From Amphiscolops sp. MND2022 (taxonomy: Eukaryota), in the NCBI GenBank assembly GCA_964187785.1, contig OZ076409.1:13084001-13148000 (forward strand): a stretch of 64,000 nucleotides of DNA, written 5' to 3'. Shown here piece by piece: positions 12,263 to 25,462 of this stretch (positions are counted from its first letter, which is position 1; the number at the start of each line of letters is the position of its first letter). The notes below the pieces were generated by a model. It saw only the letters and a program-made list of their open reading frames with translations. It had not been told where the DNA came from and made no database searches. Made by a program: the position numbers and the translations under genes.

Positions 12263-13726
12263 TCACGTCGAGGCTGCAACTAAACCGGCCGGGCCCTGTC
12301 CTAGCGCTTGTCCACTGACGGTAGATTCCAGGGGTTTGAAGCCCAGCTCGTCTATCGGTATTCCGAAAGAACTCAGTTTAGCCTCGTAAGTTCGCATGAG
12401 GTCATTATGGGCTTTGCATACTCGGGCAAGCTCATATTGAAGGTCTTTTATTGCGCTGTTTTTGGCATCCAAAACATCTTCGAGTTTTCGGGTCACCACT
12501 GAAAGGGCAGTTGGGTCCAGATTTGAAGCCGACAGAACTTCATTCAGCTGGGCTTCCTTCTTTTCCAGCGTGTCTGCCAGAGCTCCCAGTTTCTTTTCCA
12601 GCAAGAGGTTTTTGAAGCTAGACTTCTGTTGCACTTCTTGAATAGCTTTCAGGAACTTCTTGTAAAGCTCGTCTCGTTCTGCTTGCGTCTTTTCGAACCG
12701 CTGCTCTAAAGTCTCATGCTCCCATTTCAAATTGCGATGGTCTTCGCCAAGGGTCTTCAGTCTTGCCTTAGCAGATGCCAGCGCTGTTTTGTCCTTTTCG
12801 TAATTGGCTAATTGCCTCCTCAATTCTGCTACCTCCTCCTTGGCCTTGTTTAGAGGTTCTGTCAATCGTTTGTTTTCAGCCTTAATTTCATTCATCATTT
12901 TCTCTTTCTTCTCGGCTTGATCTTTCATGGATTCAACCTGCTCCTTCAGGGAATTAATGAGAGCCAAGTTGTTCAATGTAATATCATTGTAATAATTCTT
13001 GATATCACTGAATGCTTTTTCGTGGTTTTTCATCAGTGTGTTGATTTGTGCATTTTTGCGCTCCTCGATTTCATGGATTTCAGTTTTTCGTCGAAGTTCG
13101 AGCTCATCTCGGAGATCTCGCATTTTCTTCTCGTATTTGGCTTCGATTTCCCTCACTTGTCTTTCGAAGTCGGCTCTCAACTTAGACATCAGCTCGTCGT
13201 TTTTGAGCTTCAAGTCTTTGATCACGTCCTCATGAGCCAATTCTTTCTCCTTGAGGTCAACTTTAAGTGACCTCGTGTTTTGACGCAGCTCGCCCTCGGC
13301 CTTTCGGTGGTCATCTTGGGCTAGCTTTATCGCAACTGCCCCGTCAGCTTTCAGCTCACTGATGTTGTTCTGATGCTCGTAAATGAGATGTTTCACCTTC
13401 TGTTTATAAACTTTGATCTCAACTTGATGTCTCTCCTCTGCATCTTCCATCTCCTTGTCTTTGTTGCGCATCTCAGCCCTACTCTCATCCAACTGTCGTT
13501 TCGTGATTTCCCAGAAAGTGTTGATCTTGTCCCGTTCCAGTTGGAAGTAATTTCTCTCCTCTCTTTCTCTGTCCAGTTCATCTCGTAACCTCACAATGTG
13601 TTCCTCCAGCTGTTCTTTGGTCATTTCTTCCGTGGAGATTCCATCGATGACTGTTGGCGTTTTTCCTCCCTTTGCCGACTTCTTTTTCCCACTTTTCTTC
13701 CCCTTTTTTCCTTTCTTGCCCGGCAT
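12263..13726 (-). CDS. GAS8: Growth arrest-specific 8 / dynein regulatory complex subunit 4 (intronless CDS)
   Basis: 487 aa coiled-coil ORF with recognisable GAS8 motifs: [71 protein letters not shown]. Confidence 0.97.
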   Translation of the reverse strand: MPGKKGKKGKKSGKKKSAKGGKTPTVIDGISTEEMTKEQLEEHIVRLRDELDREREERNYFQLERDKINTFWEITKRQLDESRAEMRNKDKEMEDAEERHQVEIKVYKQKVKHLIYEHQNNISELKADGAVAIKLAQDDHRKAEGELRQNTRSLKVDLKEKELAHEDVIKDLKLKNDELMSKLRADFERQVREIEAKYEKKMRDLRDELELRRKTEIHEIEERKNAQINTLMKNHEKAFSDIKNYYNDITLNNLALINSLKEQVESMKDQAEKKEKMMNEIKAENKRLTEPLNKAKEEVAELRRQLANYEKDKTALASAKARLKTLGEDHRNLKWEHETLEQRFEKTQAERDELYKKFLKAIQEVQQKSSFKNLLLEKKLGALADTLEKKEAQLNEVLSASNLDPTALSVVTRKLEDVLDAKNSAIKDLQYELARVCKAHNDLMRTYEAKLSSFGIPIDELGFKPLESTVSGQALGQGPAGLVAAST

Positions 13727-13801
13727 TTTGCTTCAACGAGCAGCCGCCGAATAGGACTCAAAAATAGAACCGCGGATGAATATGAAGCGTAGACTTACCA
13801 C

Positions 13802-13814
13802 GTTTCAATGTAAC
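13802..13814. promoter_or_regulatory. Candidate RFX X-box upstream of GAS8
   Basis: GTTTCAATGTAAC, imperfect palindrome resembling GTTNCCATGGNAAC, about 75-90 bp upstream of the ATG of a motile-cilia gene. Confidence 0.4.
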
Positions 13815-15145
13815 AATGGTCTTGTTAAAGAGTGACGTTTATTTTGCTTTTTAGTTCTGGCTGATTTTGAGCACGTGCAATTTTAGATGTTTTTTACTGT
13901 CGCTAAATGGCATAACGTACAGAGCACGTTCATCAATGCTTAACGTGGTTCAAATTTTGAATCAAACGACGTCTCAGCGAAAATGAAAGGACGTTTCTAC
14001 TTAAAGTGTAGGAACTATATATGCAAGTTTTACAGTCCGGAATGAATCCCGCTATTTGTTTCGACTTGAAAATTTCGACTGTTGTAGAGAACGATATTAA
14101 CGCTTCATGGTCAACCTGAAAACAAAACAAAATGCTGCTAACTATTTTTTTTCTCTCCCTTCACCGGAAATTTTGAAATTTTTGAATGTGGGTTAAACGT
14201 AAACGGTTGAAACATTCTATTATGCTGACTTTCAAGAATCTTTTTACTGATAGAAGTCAATATATTTTCGTTTGAAGGAACACTACGAAAAAAGTCAACG
14301 ACTTTTTGAGTCATACAAAAGGTATTTCAATCTAATTTATAGTCGAAAAGTGTGATTTTTTTGATGAAAATCTTCATTTGATATTAACTTACGGAAGCAG
14401 AAAAAGATTTCATTTGGAACTTTGGCAGTTAGGAAATATTTGAGAACATTCTTGCTTAAAAAATTTCCAAGTTAGCGGGAAAACAAAAGAGGCCATGGAT
14501 ACAGCAAATTGAATGACGCAATGAGTGGTCTTGCGAGTACCTGAAAATAAAAAGCAATGAATACATTGCAACTACTGTGCTCTCTCTGCTCACTACCATG
14601 AATCACAGTAATACATATTTTTGTAATCACAAATTTGTACATATTCTTGACAATGATGAAAATGTTCATCGGTTCTTTCTAGTGGATATGGTAACTATTC
14701 ATTGAAGAAGTTAAAAGCCAGAACTTCTTCGTGTTACTCAAAAATATGTTTTCAACTTTTGCTATAAACCAAAGGAACAGCCTAAGTCGGCGCCCCGCTT
14801 TGGGCTCAAAAAGCAAAAGTACTTCGAAGCGTCAAAATCTGAAAATTTCTCATGGTGACGAAAAAAACTAAAGGGACTGAAGGGAAGCTTTTATCTTACC
14901 AGAAATACAAAAAAAAACTTTTCCTGTATTACCACCAGAAACATCAAAAAATCAAAGCGAGAACCCTTTAGTGAAAGGAAAAATTGGAGAACTGCTGATT
15001 TTTTTGAGAATCAAGTCGCACATTCCGGAAGTAACACTCAAATTCCTCCTCAATCCGAATACATATGTCAAAATATGAATGGATAGACCCTTTCAATTAA
15101 CTTGATATTCTGTGAAATCTTTATGGTCACTTCGGCCGGATTGAA

Positions 15146-15758
15146 AACAAGCCGTGAACGGCCCAAGTCGGCGCCATACTCAAGGCTCAAAATTGTAAAA
15201 AGGGGACCTTTCGGGCTTTGTAAAACTCCAGCCGGTTGCAAAATATGAAAAAAAATTGAAGGAGCCCTTTGGGGACTTGAAAAAATTTCCCAAAAAAAAT
15301 TAAAATGAGATTTTTGAACAGTGTCACATTGCCGAAAAATGTAAAAGGGGGGACCCTTTGGGATTTTTTGATATCCATTGTGTTGCAAAATGTCGAAACA
15401 AATGAAGGGGACCCTTTGGTGCAATCCAAAAAGTTTCAAAAGTCGCGTAGTGCCGAAAAAAGTGGGACTATGGGGGGATCCTTAGTGTGATTTCGAGGTT
15501 CTGGACGTCTGTTTTGTAAGTAAGTAAGTTAATTTATTTGGCTGAAGTCGTAGAAAGATACAAAATAATGATACATACAAATAAGTATCAATCTAAAACA
15601 TCCAAAAAGGACAAGGAATGAGCATACATGCTCTTCGAGTCCTTGCCCCGAGAACCAATTATGACGAAATGCGCCGACTACTAATGCGCCGACTAAAAAT
15701 AAAAACTACCCACTGTAGGAGACGGGCATATTTTCTACTGAAATGCGCCGACTAAAAA
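15146..15758 (-). mobile_element. HINE-like element (reverse orientation)
   Basis: AACAAGCCGTGAACGGCCCAAGTCGGCGCC at left end, GCGCCGACTAAAAA at right end. Confidence 0.65.
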
Positions 15759-16819
15759 GTCACAAAGCCGAAATAGCATACACAATTTTTTTTTTAGTCA
15801 AGTGCGAGACTCGAAGCTACTTCGATCTGCTTGGCAGACCTCAAAAAATCCTCAATTTGCCGGCCTAGTAGTTTCTGTAAAAAGTGGACATTTCAGTGTG
15901 AGCTTTGGTCTGGAGAAAAAATGGTCACTGTATGAGTCGGGCATTTTGCATCACAAAACAGCTCTTTTCAAAATCGGAGAATGAGTTTTCAAGTTTGTTA
16001 ACCAATCCACGCTCTGTACTGCCCAAATCGCAAATTGGCGATTCAAACATTCTTCTTTGACTCAAGATGCAAATCCAAAAACATCCCAAGTAATTTGCGT
16101 TTTAGTACAGAGGAAGCGGCGGTTCGAAAATATTGGGCTATATCCGAACTTTTGACGGAAGTAATAACGTTTTACCAAGGAGGAGGTAAATTTTCAATTA
16201 AGTGTCTATTGTTAGCCAATTGAAGGCGGAAAGTATCCCGGTGTATAGCGAGCGTCTTGTATTATTTATATTCATTGCAATCAATTCACCTCAAAGCAAT
16301 TTTGGGGCGTTTTGGTTCACCACATTTGATGGCTTCTCTTTCTTCTGATGGTTTGGTGGATCAGGTGACTTATAATGTTCAAAGGTGCATTTCCAACTTT
16401 TTCAAAACTTGTTTTTGGTGGCAAGTTTTTTTATAGGTTTGATGGAAAGCAAAGTACAAAGTTACACCAAGTCATGGGAAAAAACTTGCGTTTGGAAAAG
16501 AATCCAAACATCATACTCATCAACAAAACGTTGAACTCTTGAGTTAATCATCTAAAAATTCTCCCGTAATTCTCTCCTAAGTAATTCTCCCGTCTTTGAT
16601 GGTTGAAACCCGGATGAAATCAAGTTTCGCCATTTGAAAACCCACGAGAGACAAAAACCTCAATAATGAGAAATCTAGATGCGAAGTGTTAAATGTTGCA
16701 CAAAAGGTTAACTTAGAGTCTTTGTTCACCATTTTCCAAGAAAAACAATCGTGAGCACAAAACATCATCAAAACCAACACATTTTACATTATACACAGAA
16801 GAAACCCTGAGACACTTCA

Positions 16820-17300
16820 ACTGAGGATTCAACATTATACGTCTATGTTACTGGCAGACTCTCACGCCATGGCGGCATCCTCATTATCTCAGGGGCAACG
16901 TTCAACGAAGGACAATCAATTGAATACATTCGAACACATATATAACTTGTTCTATATGGCGTTCTTCTCTATGGGTTCGGCCCTAAGACGAAACTGTACA
17001 AAGTATTCATTCTCCAAAAATTACTTATAAGGATAGCCTCAACGGAAGCTACCAGAAGCAGCATTTCAGAAAAGTTCAAAGTTAAAAAACCGGAACAGTA
17101 TTTGTTAATCATGTCTACGAGAATCTCATGTTTTGCTTTAACCAAATACGAAATGGTTTCATTAATTATATCTGTGGCACTCGAAATAGACAAACAAAAA
17201 ATAGAACTCTTAACATTTAGAACCTCCCTAGAGAAAATGATAGGCTAGATTTTTGTTAAATGATACTAATCAATGTACACCGCTGCTCTGACAAAATGAT
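16820..17300 (+). pseudogene. Decayed non-LTR retrotransposon (CR1/L2-like) ORF2 C-terminal fragment
   Basis: Frameshifted translation GRLSRHGGIL...LYGVLLYGFGPKTKLYKVFILQKLLIRIA...HVYE resembles the post-RT region of L2/CR1-group LINEs; boundaries approximate. Confidence 0.6.
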
Positions 17301-17654
17301 AAAGAAATTGGCCGAGAAACAATTTCAAGATTTTAATGATCAAATTGCAGATATTTACATTTCAGCAATCGTGAATTATTTGATCTCGTTTACAAACATG
17401 ATAATGTTTTCTCTTTTTGCATTTACAGTTTTTGTTTAGATAAATAGAAGCGAAAACATAATTGTCAAATCGCTACAACGCTAAGAAAAAAACAAGAAAG
17501 CATTTCAAAAGCTTTTCGGAAATCCTCATTGCCTGTATGAAGCCTTTCCAGGGGCAAAAAAGTTTGTTATTTATATTTATTTGTTTATTGTTTTTTAAGT
17601 TTATTTGTTTAGTTATATATATAGAGTATCTTCTGTGAAATCTGAGCAACAATA

Positions 17655-19008
17655 CAGTGGTGAACGTATCATTACAAACATTAACAATTTTCATGTTATA
17701 GGAATGGTTTATTCACACATTTTGCTTTCACACGTCACATCTGTTTTTCAAAAACATTGAAAACCTTTTTGAAACATTTAGAATTCAACATACATTTACG
17801 TTCTAACATACATTTACAAATGGGGCGCAGAAAAGACTATTCTTTAGAGATTGAAGAGAGAGTAAAAATGCTTATGAATCTTGGTTTATTACACCGCCAA
17901 AGTGCCGAAGTATTCAACATTCCAGCCACTTTCTCTTTCAAAATATGTACAAAAAATGCATCATCGGGTCTAAAAAAACCAGAGCACCATCCCTAAAGAA
18001 ATCCAGGTATTCTGAACGGACGTTGCGCATTTTGCATCAGAAAATTAAACGTAATCCATTTGCACCTTCCAGTGACCTTAAAAAAGACCTTGAACTGTAT
18101 GGGATAATTTTTTCCGCTGGGCATATTCGACGAATCCTACTTGAAAAATTCAACCTAAATGGACACCGAGCAGCCACAAAACCACTTTTAACCAAATCTA
18201 TGCGTCGCAGGAGGCATGAATTTGGCAAACGGTACTCGGCGTGTTCCTTGGAAGATTCGGCAAAAGTTCTATTCTCCGATGAAACCATGATACCTCAGTT
18301 TTACCCACGGGTAATTGTTGATACCACGGGTAATTGTTGATACCTTGATACCACAGTTTTACCCACGGGAGACCGCCTTGTACAAGATACCTTCAGCGTT
18401 ATGGATTGAATACCGTCGAGCATCCAATTTCCTTTATGACATACGGCTGTATCAGCAGAAAAGATCGTAGTCAATTGAAAATGTACGAAACTGGGGTACT
18501 TGTAAATGGAGAAAAATATGAGCGTTTATTACGGGAGAGGCTTCAATGCGAAATGTTACGACATCAGGTTGATTTATTTTTGCATGGCAATGCTCCTTTT
18601 CATAGAGCGAGTGGAGATTTTTTCGGAGGAAAACATTCAGGTATTGGATTGATCAGGAAACAGTCCAGATATCAACCTCCTAGAAAATGCATGGTTTATT
18701 CTGAAGCAGAAAGTCGGGCAAATGTTCTCCAAGTACAAGTCTATCTCGTAAGAAAAATTTTATTAGCATGGGAGAGTGTTACAACGCCCGAATATTGCGA
18801 GAAATTAGTTATATCAATGCGAGACAGAATAGCCGAAGTGATCAAAAACCGAGGAGGTCCTTTTAAAATTTGAGATTCTTCAAATTTCTTTTGTATTTGT
18901 TTTGGTGTAAAAGATTCTAATAATATATGTTCATTTTGTTGTTGAAACTTTTTTGTGTGTTGAAACTTTTGTAAAAGGGTAGTGTTAGTAATGAAACCTT
19001 CACCACTG
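17655..19008 (+). mobile_element. Tc1-family DNA transposon, decayed (1354 bp)
   Basis: TIR CAGTGGTGAACGTATCATTACAAACA vs GTGTTAGTAATGAAACCTTCACCACTG; left TA; transposase fragments inside. Confidence 0.9.
17820..18873 (+). pseudogene. Tc1 transposase pseudogene
   Basis: MGRRKDYS..., KPLLTK, VLFSDET, FLHGNAPFH, NSPDINLLENAW-like, SMRDRIAEVIKNRGG spread over several frames. Confidence 0.88.
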
Positions 19009-19429
19009 TTTGTAAGGTATAACTTGATAACTAGACTATTATTTTTAAAACGCAAATTACTTCGAATAAAACGTCAAAATTTGGAAAAAAATATATTGGC
19101 GGGTTTGTGAGTATATTTTCAGAAAATCAGAGAACAATGAGAACTTTGAACAGTCTAGAAGTGCCGAAAAATGCAAAAGAGGGTACCTTTTGGAAGTTTT
19201 CAACATCCATTCTTTCGCAAAATTATGAAAAAAATTGAAGATTACCCTTTGGAGTCATTGACAAATCTAGGTTCGGAAAAATCTCACCAAGCCGAAAAAG
19301 GGGGAAATCTTAAAGTGTCGAGCATTCTTTAGAAACAATTTGTATTTCATGCAAGAGTCTTTGGATGCGTTCTAAGTATTTTTCGTAGACGTGCACATAG
19401 TGCACAAAAAGTGGACCAATTAGTGTGAC

Positions 19430-22400
19430 TGTTGGATGTCGTAGATAATAATGAGGAAAAGTAAGAAGGAATGTAATACCAAATTGTAACTGTTTCGTGT
19501 TCACATGTTTTAGTAAGATAACACAGTAAGCTTTAGTATGTTTGCAGGTACATTACATAATGATGGTCATAAATAATATAGATAATATGAGGTTATGGAA
19601 TCTTACATGACATTATGACCTTTACGGATACCATGCTATATTCCACATTCCTCCCGCTTCGGGCGAAGTGTACTATCTACTGTAATTAATCAGTTGTTAG
19701 TACAACTTGTAACCAAAATCACACGTACCAATTTACATGAAAGTGTTTTAACTATCGTCAGCGTTGTGGCTGTGACGATTAAACATAAATTTCCAGATGC
19801 ATAATTGTTTCTGGACGGTTGCTACTCCTTAGTGGGGCTGTCATCGGGTATGACTTCGCCCTGCTGTCTGTCCAGTCGGTCGTCGCTTAAACACTCTGTG
19901 ATCGGGTGATTTCCTCGTTGATCTTTTTAACGGTGTTTCCTGTAAACCATAATGTGTTAACGGATTTCCAAACCTTTATATTGGGTTATTTGATCTTAGT
20001 CCTGAAGACCTTCTAATTTGTTGGTTGTTGTTATCTTATTCATTAGTGTTTGGAATTTCATTTATTTCCGTTTTTATTTGATTTTCATTACTGGTATTGT
20101 CGACGATTGTTGTGGTTGTTGGGTTTTCGGTTATAGTCTCAATGGCTTGTTCCAGTTGTTGTTCGTTCATGTTGTCGACGTGTAGCTTTAGGTTGCTTGA
20201 TCCTGGTGATTTGGTGTCACGATTTCTAACAAATTTTGGCCTTCCTCGTCCGATCGGTGTTGGTGGGGTAAGGTTAAAGTTTTCTTCCATTTGTTCGGTT
20301 GAAGTCTCCGTTATCGGTGTGCTTTCTCTCTCTTCTTCTTCTGATTGTGTTTCTTCTTCATCGATGTCTTCCGTCTCGAGTGAAGGCAGAGACTTCTGGA
20401 TAAGTTGCTCATCTATTCCGCTCCTGTTTTTCCCCCGGCGGGAGAGTGGGTTCTGAAATGAATTTGGTAGAGGTTTGCTTACTAGTTTTCGGTGTAATTT
20501 TTTGTTGGTGTTTGTAGTTATCGCATGTTTTGTTCCAGCTACTGCTGTTTTTGGTTTTGTTTGGTATTCGCTTTCGAATTTGTTTTTGTTATGTCTCTTT
20601 TCCAAAAATTTATATTGAAAATTGTTACTAACGTCACTTTTGAGCTTTCTTGGTGTCTTCATTATTAATTGATCGTACCCTCCTCTTCCGTTGTTAAAGG
20701 AGTACACTTGTAGCGTCTCCAGTTGAGCTGAAATAATATCATTATCATCGGTTGGTAGGTTCAAGTAGTTGGTTAATTCCGTTCTTGGTTTTCTACCGTA
20801 GTGTCGTTTGAATGGTGATTCTTTTATTTTTGAATGGACGGTCGTTCGCATCGCCATTAGTGAACGCCATAGTGCCTCATTTAAATTTCAATTGTCTTTT
20901 AGGTTTAAACTTCAATTGTTCGCATTAGGTCTTTTAGAGTTTTTATTCCTCTTTCGACCAGCCCCGTGGCTGCATGAATACATGGCGTACCACATATTAG
21001 GTTTATGTTTAGGCTTTTACACATTTGTCTGAATTGCCTTCCAGTAAAGGCTGTCCCTTTATCTGTTCTAATTGTTTGTGGAATTCCGTTTAGTAGGATA
21101 TATTGTTCTAAGAAAATGTTTGCTGTTTTGTGGTTGGAGCTTCACAAATACATGCGGCCGGCCACCTACTGTACCGGTCGATTGATATTAGTTTAAAATC
21201 TTCGGTGTTCGAATCTTATTGATCCGATGAAATCCAATCGGATTTCTTGGTTCGGTTTTTCTGCCGGTGGTAGGTAATTGATTTCGGTCATTGGTAACTG
21301 TGGCTTGATGCTCTTACCTGACATCTTCCATGGGATGCATTCATTGCATTTGGTTTGGACGTCCTTTGTCAGGTTCGGTCACCAGAATGGACGAGCGGCG
21401 TGGTTCATTTTGTTAATTGCGGGGTGGGCCTTATGTAATAACATGATGACGGTCTGTCTGAGTGGTTTGGGAATGAGGAATTTGTCATCGTAGAAGATAA
21501 TTCCAAATATTGTAAAAAGGTTAATTTTGTATTGTCTGTATTCTTCGGAAACTTGTTCGAAATTCCTTCGCTCTAGACAGACCAGTGTCTTTAATAATTT
21601 TTCGTCATTGGTGGTTTCGTCGGCAATCGTTCGCAGGTCGGTAGAAAATTTTTGTTCTTTTTGTCGTACAGTCTCTTCCAGATCCCATTTGTCTTCGTAC
21701 TGTACTTTGCTTGCTGTCCCGCTTTGTATATATCTTACGCTTGTGGCACCTAGATATCTCTTGAAGTTGATTGCCGGTACAGCTGTTGTCTGGTCTGAAT
21801 CGGAGGACATTGTTTCGGTCTCGTATTCTGGTGTGTAGCTATCTCTTCGTTTTCGATTGGCGGTTGGTATGTGCTGCTGCTGCTTGGGCCTGCTTCATCT
21901 CTTTTGGGCAAGTTTCTAATCCTTTCGATTACTCTATGAAATTCTTTCTTTCGGGCTAGTTCTTTTGGTGTTTCTTTGGTGTACTTCTCCTTTTTCTGCC
22001 AGAATAATTTGTTTCGTCTTTGCCATAAATCTACTTCGATTCTTTTTAATTCTGCTCTCAGTGTTCTGAGGTGTGCGTTTTTTTGCCACTGTTCTTGCGT
22101 GAATCGGTAGTCTCCAGGTCTGGTAATTTCTCTGCATCTGCTTGTAAGTCGAAGTGTGTCCTCTAACTATTCATCTTTTTCGATACTTTCGAATTGTTTT
22201 AATGTCCATGTTGATTGAACGGTAATGAGGTTTGGTGTGTGAATCTTTTGTTTCGCTCGCTTGCAAAAATTGGAATGGCTTGTGTTCGTTCAGTTGGTTT
22301 ATAGTGAGTGGTTGTTTGTTCACGCTTCTCGTTTCTGATTGGCTGCTGGTTTGCTGCGCGGTAGTTCTGTCCGTTTGTATTGCCGCTTTCTTTTCGTCGG

Positions 22401-25400
22401 AGATGCTACTGTGAGTCTTAATGAACTCCAGTAAGGGTATTATGCAATTGATTACGTATTCTTCGTCGTAATTTTCAATTGGCACTGGCTTTGCTATCGG
22501 GTTTCTACTTAGGCAGTCCGTCAGAGTCAAGTGTTTTCCAGCAAAGTGCTTTATGTTGATGTCAAAGTGCGCTAACCTATCCAACCTTCTTGGTAATCTT
22601 GCGCTTTATGTTTCATTCGATTTGTGTTTTTTAATTATTGGCTCTTTAAATAACTTTATATATAGACGAAAATGCTCCAGTCCCCATACTACAGCTAATA
22701 ACTCCAGTTCGTTGATCGCGTACTTTTTCTCAGTATCTGATAAAACTCTACTTGCAAATCTAATTGGTTTTAACTTTCCTTTATTGTGTTTTTGCCACAG
22801 CGTCGCTCCCAGTCTTTCAGTGCTAGCATCCGTTGTTAGGATATTTTCGTTGTCGGCATTGTAATGTTCTAGACATGGCAATTGTGTTATTACTTTTTTC
22901 AGGTTATTGAACGCTTCCGTGTGTTCTTGTGTCCACTTCCACTCGTTTTGTTTTAATAACAGTTTTCTGAGAATTTTTGTTTGTGCTCATAAGTTTTCTG
23001 TATATTTGGATAGATATTGAATTGCTCCCAGAAAAGATTTTAGTTCTTTTTCGTTTTTTGGTATATCTATCTTTGTAATTGCTTCCAGTTTGTCTTGTAA
23101 GGGTCTGATTCCAGTTTGATCTTTTCGGTGTCCAACCCATTCGGCCTCTTGTTTGAAGAATTCGCATTTCTTCGGGTGTAGTCTATATCCAGCGTTTTCT
23201 AATTTTCTCAATGGTTCTTTTACTTCCGCTTCGTGTTTTGCTATTGTTCCTTTGGTTACGATTATGATATCGTCCAACCAAGCGAGGTTTTTAAACTGTA
23301 GTGTTTTGTCGATCCGTTCCTGGAATATGGTTGGTATGTCCGCCAGTCCATAGAATCCTTTTACGAAACGGTGGTATCCCGTGAATTCTTTTCCCGTGAT
23401 CGTAAATATGCATAGGTTTTGTGTTTCGTCATCCAGTTTGATTTGACCGTATGCATAATCGAAGTGCATTTTTGTTAGCTATATCTCGCCCTCTTTTTCT
23501 TCGGATGTTTTGCGTGATATTTTTGATATCAATTCTTCCATATTTGGCATTTGGGCCTTTCTCTGTATCGTTGCTTCGTTTATTTTTTTTGAGTCCAGTG
23601 CAATTTTTACCAATTTGTTCTTTTTCACTGTGATAACTGCTGGGCTCACGAAGCAAATTTCGTTTATTTCTGTTGCTCTTTCCAAGTAGCCGTTTTTTAT
23701 TAGTCGTTTGATTTCGTCTGCTACCTGGTCTTGTAAGTGTAGCGGATTTGGTCTGCCTTTCTGTTGTATTATTTTTGCGTCTTCTTTTAGGTTTATCTTT
23801 ACCGATAAGTTTTTCAATTCGGTGATGTTGTGGAAGATGGTCCTTGAACTCGTTTTTTAGTTTCAGGATTTTCTTTTCGGTCTTGTCCAGTTTGATATTG
23901 TGTATTTTAATATCCTCCGATGTTGTGTTGAGTGCTATACCAAGTCGGTTCATTCCGTCTAGTCCCATTGACGGTGTTATATTCGCTTTGGTAATTAGCA
24001 ATGGTAATTGTATTGTCATTTTGTTTGTTTTCACTGTTGCTGTTGTTTGTCCCCGGAATTCAAATTTGTTGTCGTTTACATCTTTGTAACTGGTGTTCAA
24101 TTTCGTCACCTCTGAAGCGTCATTGAATAGTCTTTGGTGTATTGGTGTGACTGGTGATCCGCTGTCTATTATGAATTTTATTGGTACATCGTTGACCAAT
24201 AGTGTTGCGTGAAAGAAATCTTCTCTTTTTCTCTTGGTATTACTGATACTCTGTATTTTGTTGTAATCCCAGTTGTCTTCCTCGGCTGAGAATGAAGCTT
24301 TATCCACGTGTTGTATTTCTTCGGGAGTCTGCACATTTGTTCGTAGTGTCCTTTCTTTCTACAGTTACAACATTCTACCGTTCTAGCTGGTCATATATGT
24401 TGTCTCGACCAATTTGGTGCTCCACATTGTCCGCACCGGTTGTCTTTGTATCTTTTTTCGGTACTCCGGTCGGTTTTTATTTTTTTCGTAACTGGACCTC
24501 TCTGACCATTTTTTCTTTTGGGGCCTTTCCTGCACGTGTTTTACATTTCTTCCGTCGTTGGAGTTATTTAACCGGTCATACATGTATTCATGTATTAAAT
24601 CAGTGACGATTTCGATTGTCATGTTACTCCTCCGTCCCTATTCTATTAGTTCGTAGTCTCCCGCGTCTCCCGTTGATCTTCCAATTAGTGATATGAATTT
24701 CGATGCAATGAGTTCAGCCGGTGTAACGTTGTCGAATTCGCATTTTTCTGTGTCTGGAGATTTCTGGTCTTCGGATGCTTCATTGGGTTCTCGTATTATT
24801 CCAAAGAAATCTGCTCGGCTATGGAACTTATTCCTTTTTGGAATAAAATGGAGTCGAAACATTGAAAATAGCTGGTTTATATTCATTTTGTTTGGGTCGT
24901 TGTCCCTCACTGTTTTTGTCATTTCGGTTACCGCATCTTCTCCCAGAGCCCATATAAAGTATCTTTTATTTTTATCTCCAGTTCTTCTCTGTACTCTTCT
25001 ATAATCTCTTTGTCTGTTGTCATCCTGTTTAAATCTTTTTTTTTGTGTCATTTTGACATACTGGAAGAATCGTTGCCACCTTAGTTTGGCTTCTTGAATT
25101 GTTTTCTTCCCGAATATGGGTAACGTTATTTTCTGATGTGTTGTTGTTCTTATCTTCTTCTTTCCGGATTCCTCACTTGAGGAATTTCTGCTTGTCATTT
25201 CTGCTGGGTTAATTTCGTTCTTTTGACTCATTCTGACTCTGCTTTGTTGGATGTCGTAGATAAGAATTAGGAAAAGTAAGAAGGAATGTAATACTGAATT
25301 GAAAGTGTTTCGTGTTCAAGTGTTTTAGTAAGATAATACAGTTAGCTTCAGTATGTTAGCAGGTACATTACATAATGATGGTCACAGATAATATAGATAA

Positions 25401-25462
25401 TATGAGGTTATGTAATCTTACATGATATTATGACCTTTACGGATACCATGCTATATTCCACT
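19430..25462 (-). mobile_element. Decayed Ty3/Gypsy LTR retrotransposon (same clade as 47064-53003)
   Basis: 218-bp LTRs 19430-19647 and 25245-25462; TSD GTGAC on both sides; purine tract next to 3'LTR; frameshifted gag, PR (FIIDSGS), RT (AWLDDII), RH (TDAS, ELELLAVVW), IN fragments. Confidence 0.93.
20036..25231 (-). pseudogene. gag-pol pseudogene of the 19430-25462 element
   Basis: Chain of ORF fragments colinear with the intact 1856-aa polyprotein at 47209-52779. Confidence 0.9.

Noticed and set aside
11898..12266. 122-aa ORF downstream of GAS8
   Set aside because: AT-rich 3'UTR sequence plus antisense of the TIR gene's last exon.
18301..18370. Short direct repeats in the Tc1 transposase
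   Set aside because: Local slippage duplication (CCACGGGTAATTGTTGATA x2) in a dead copy.
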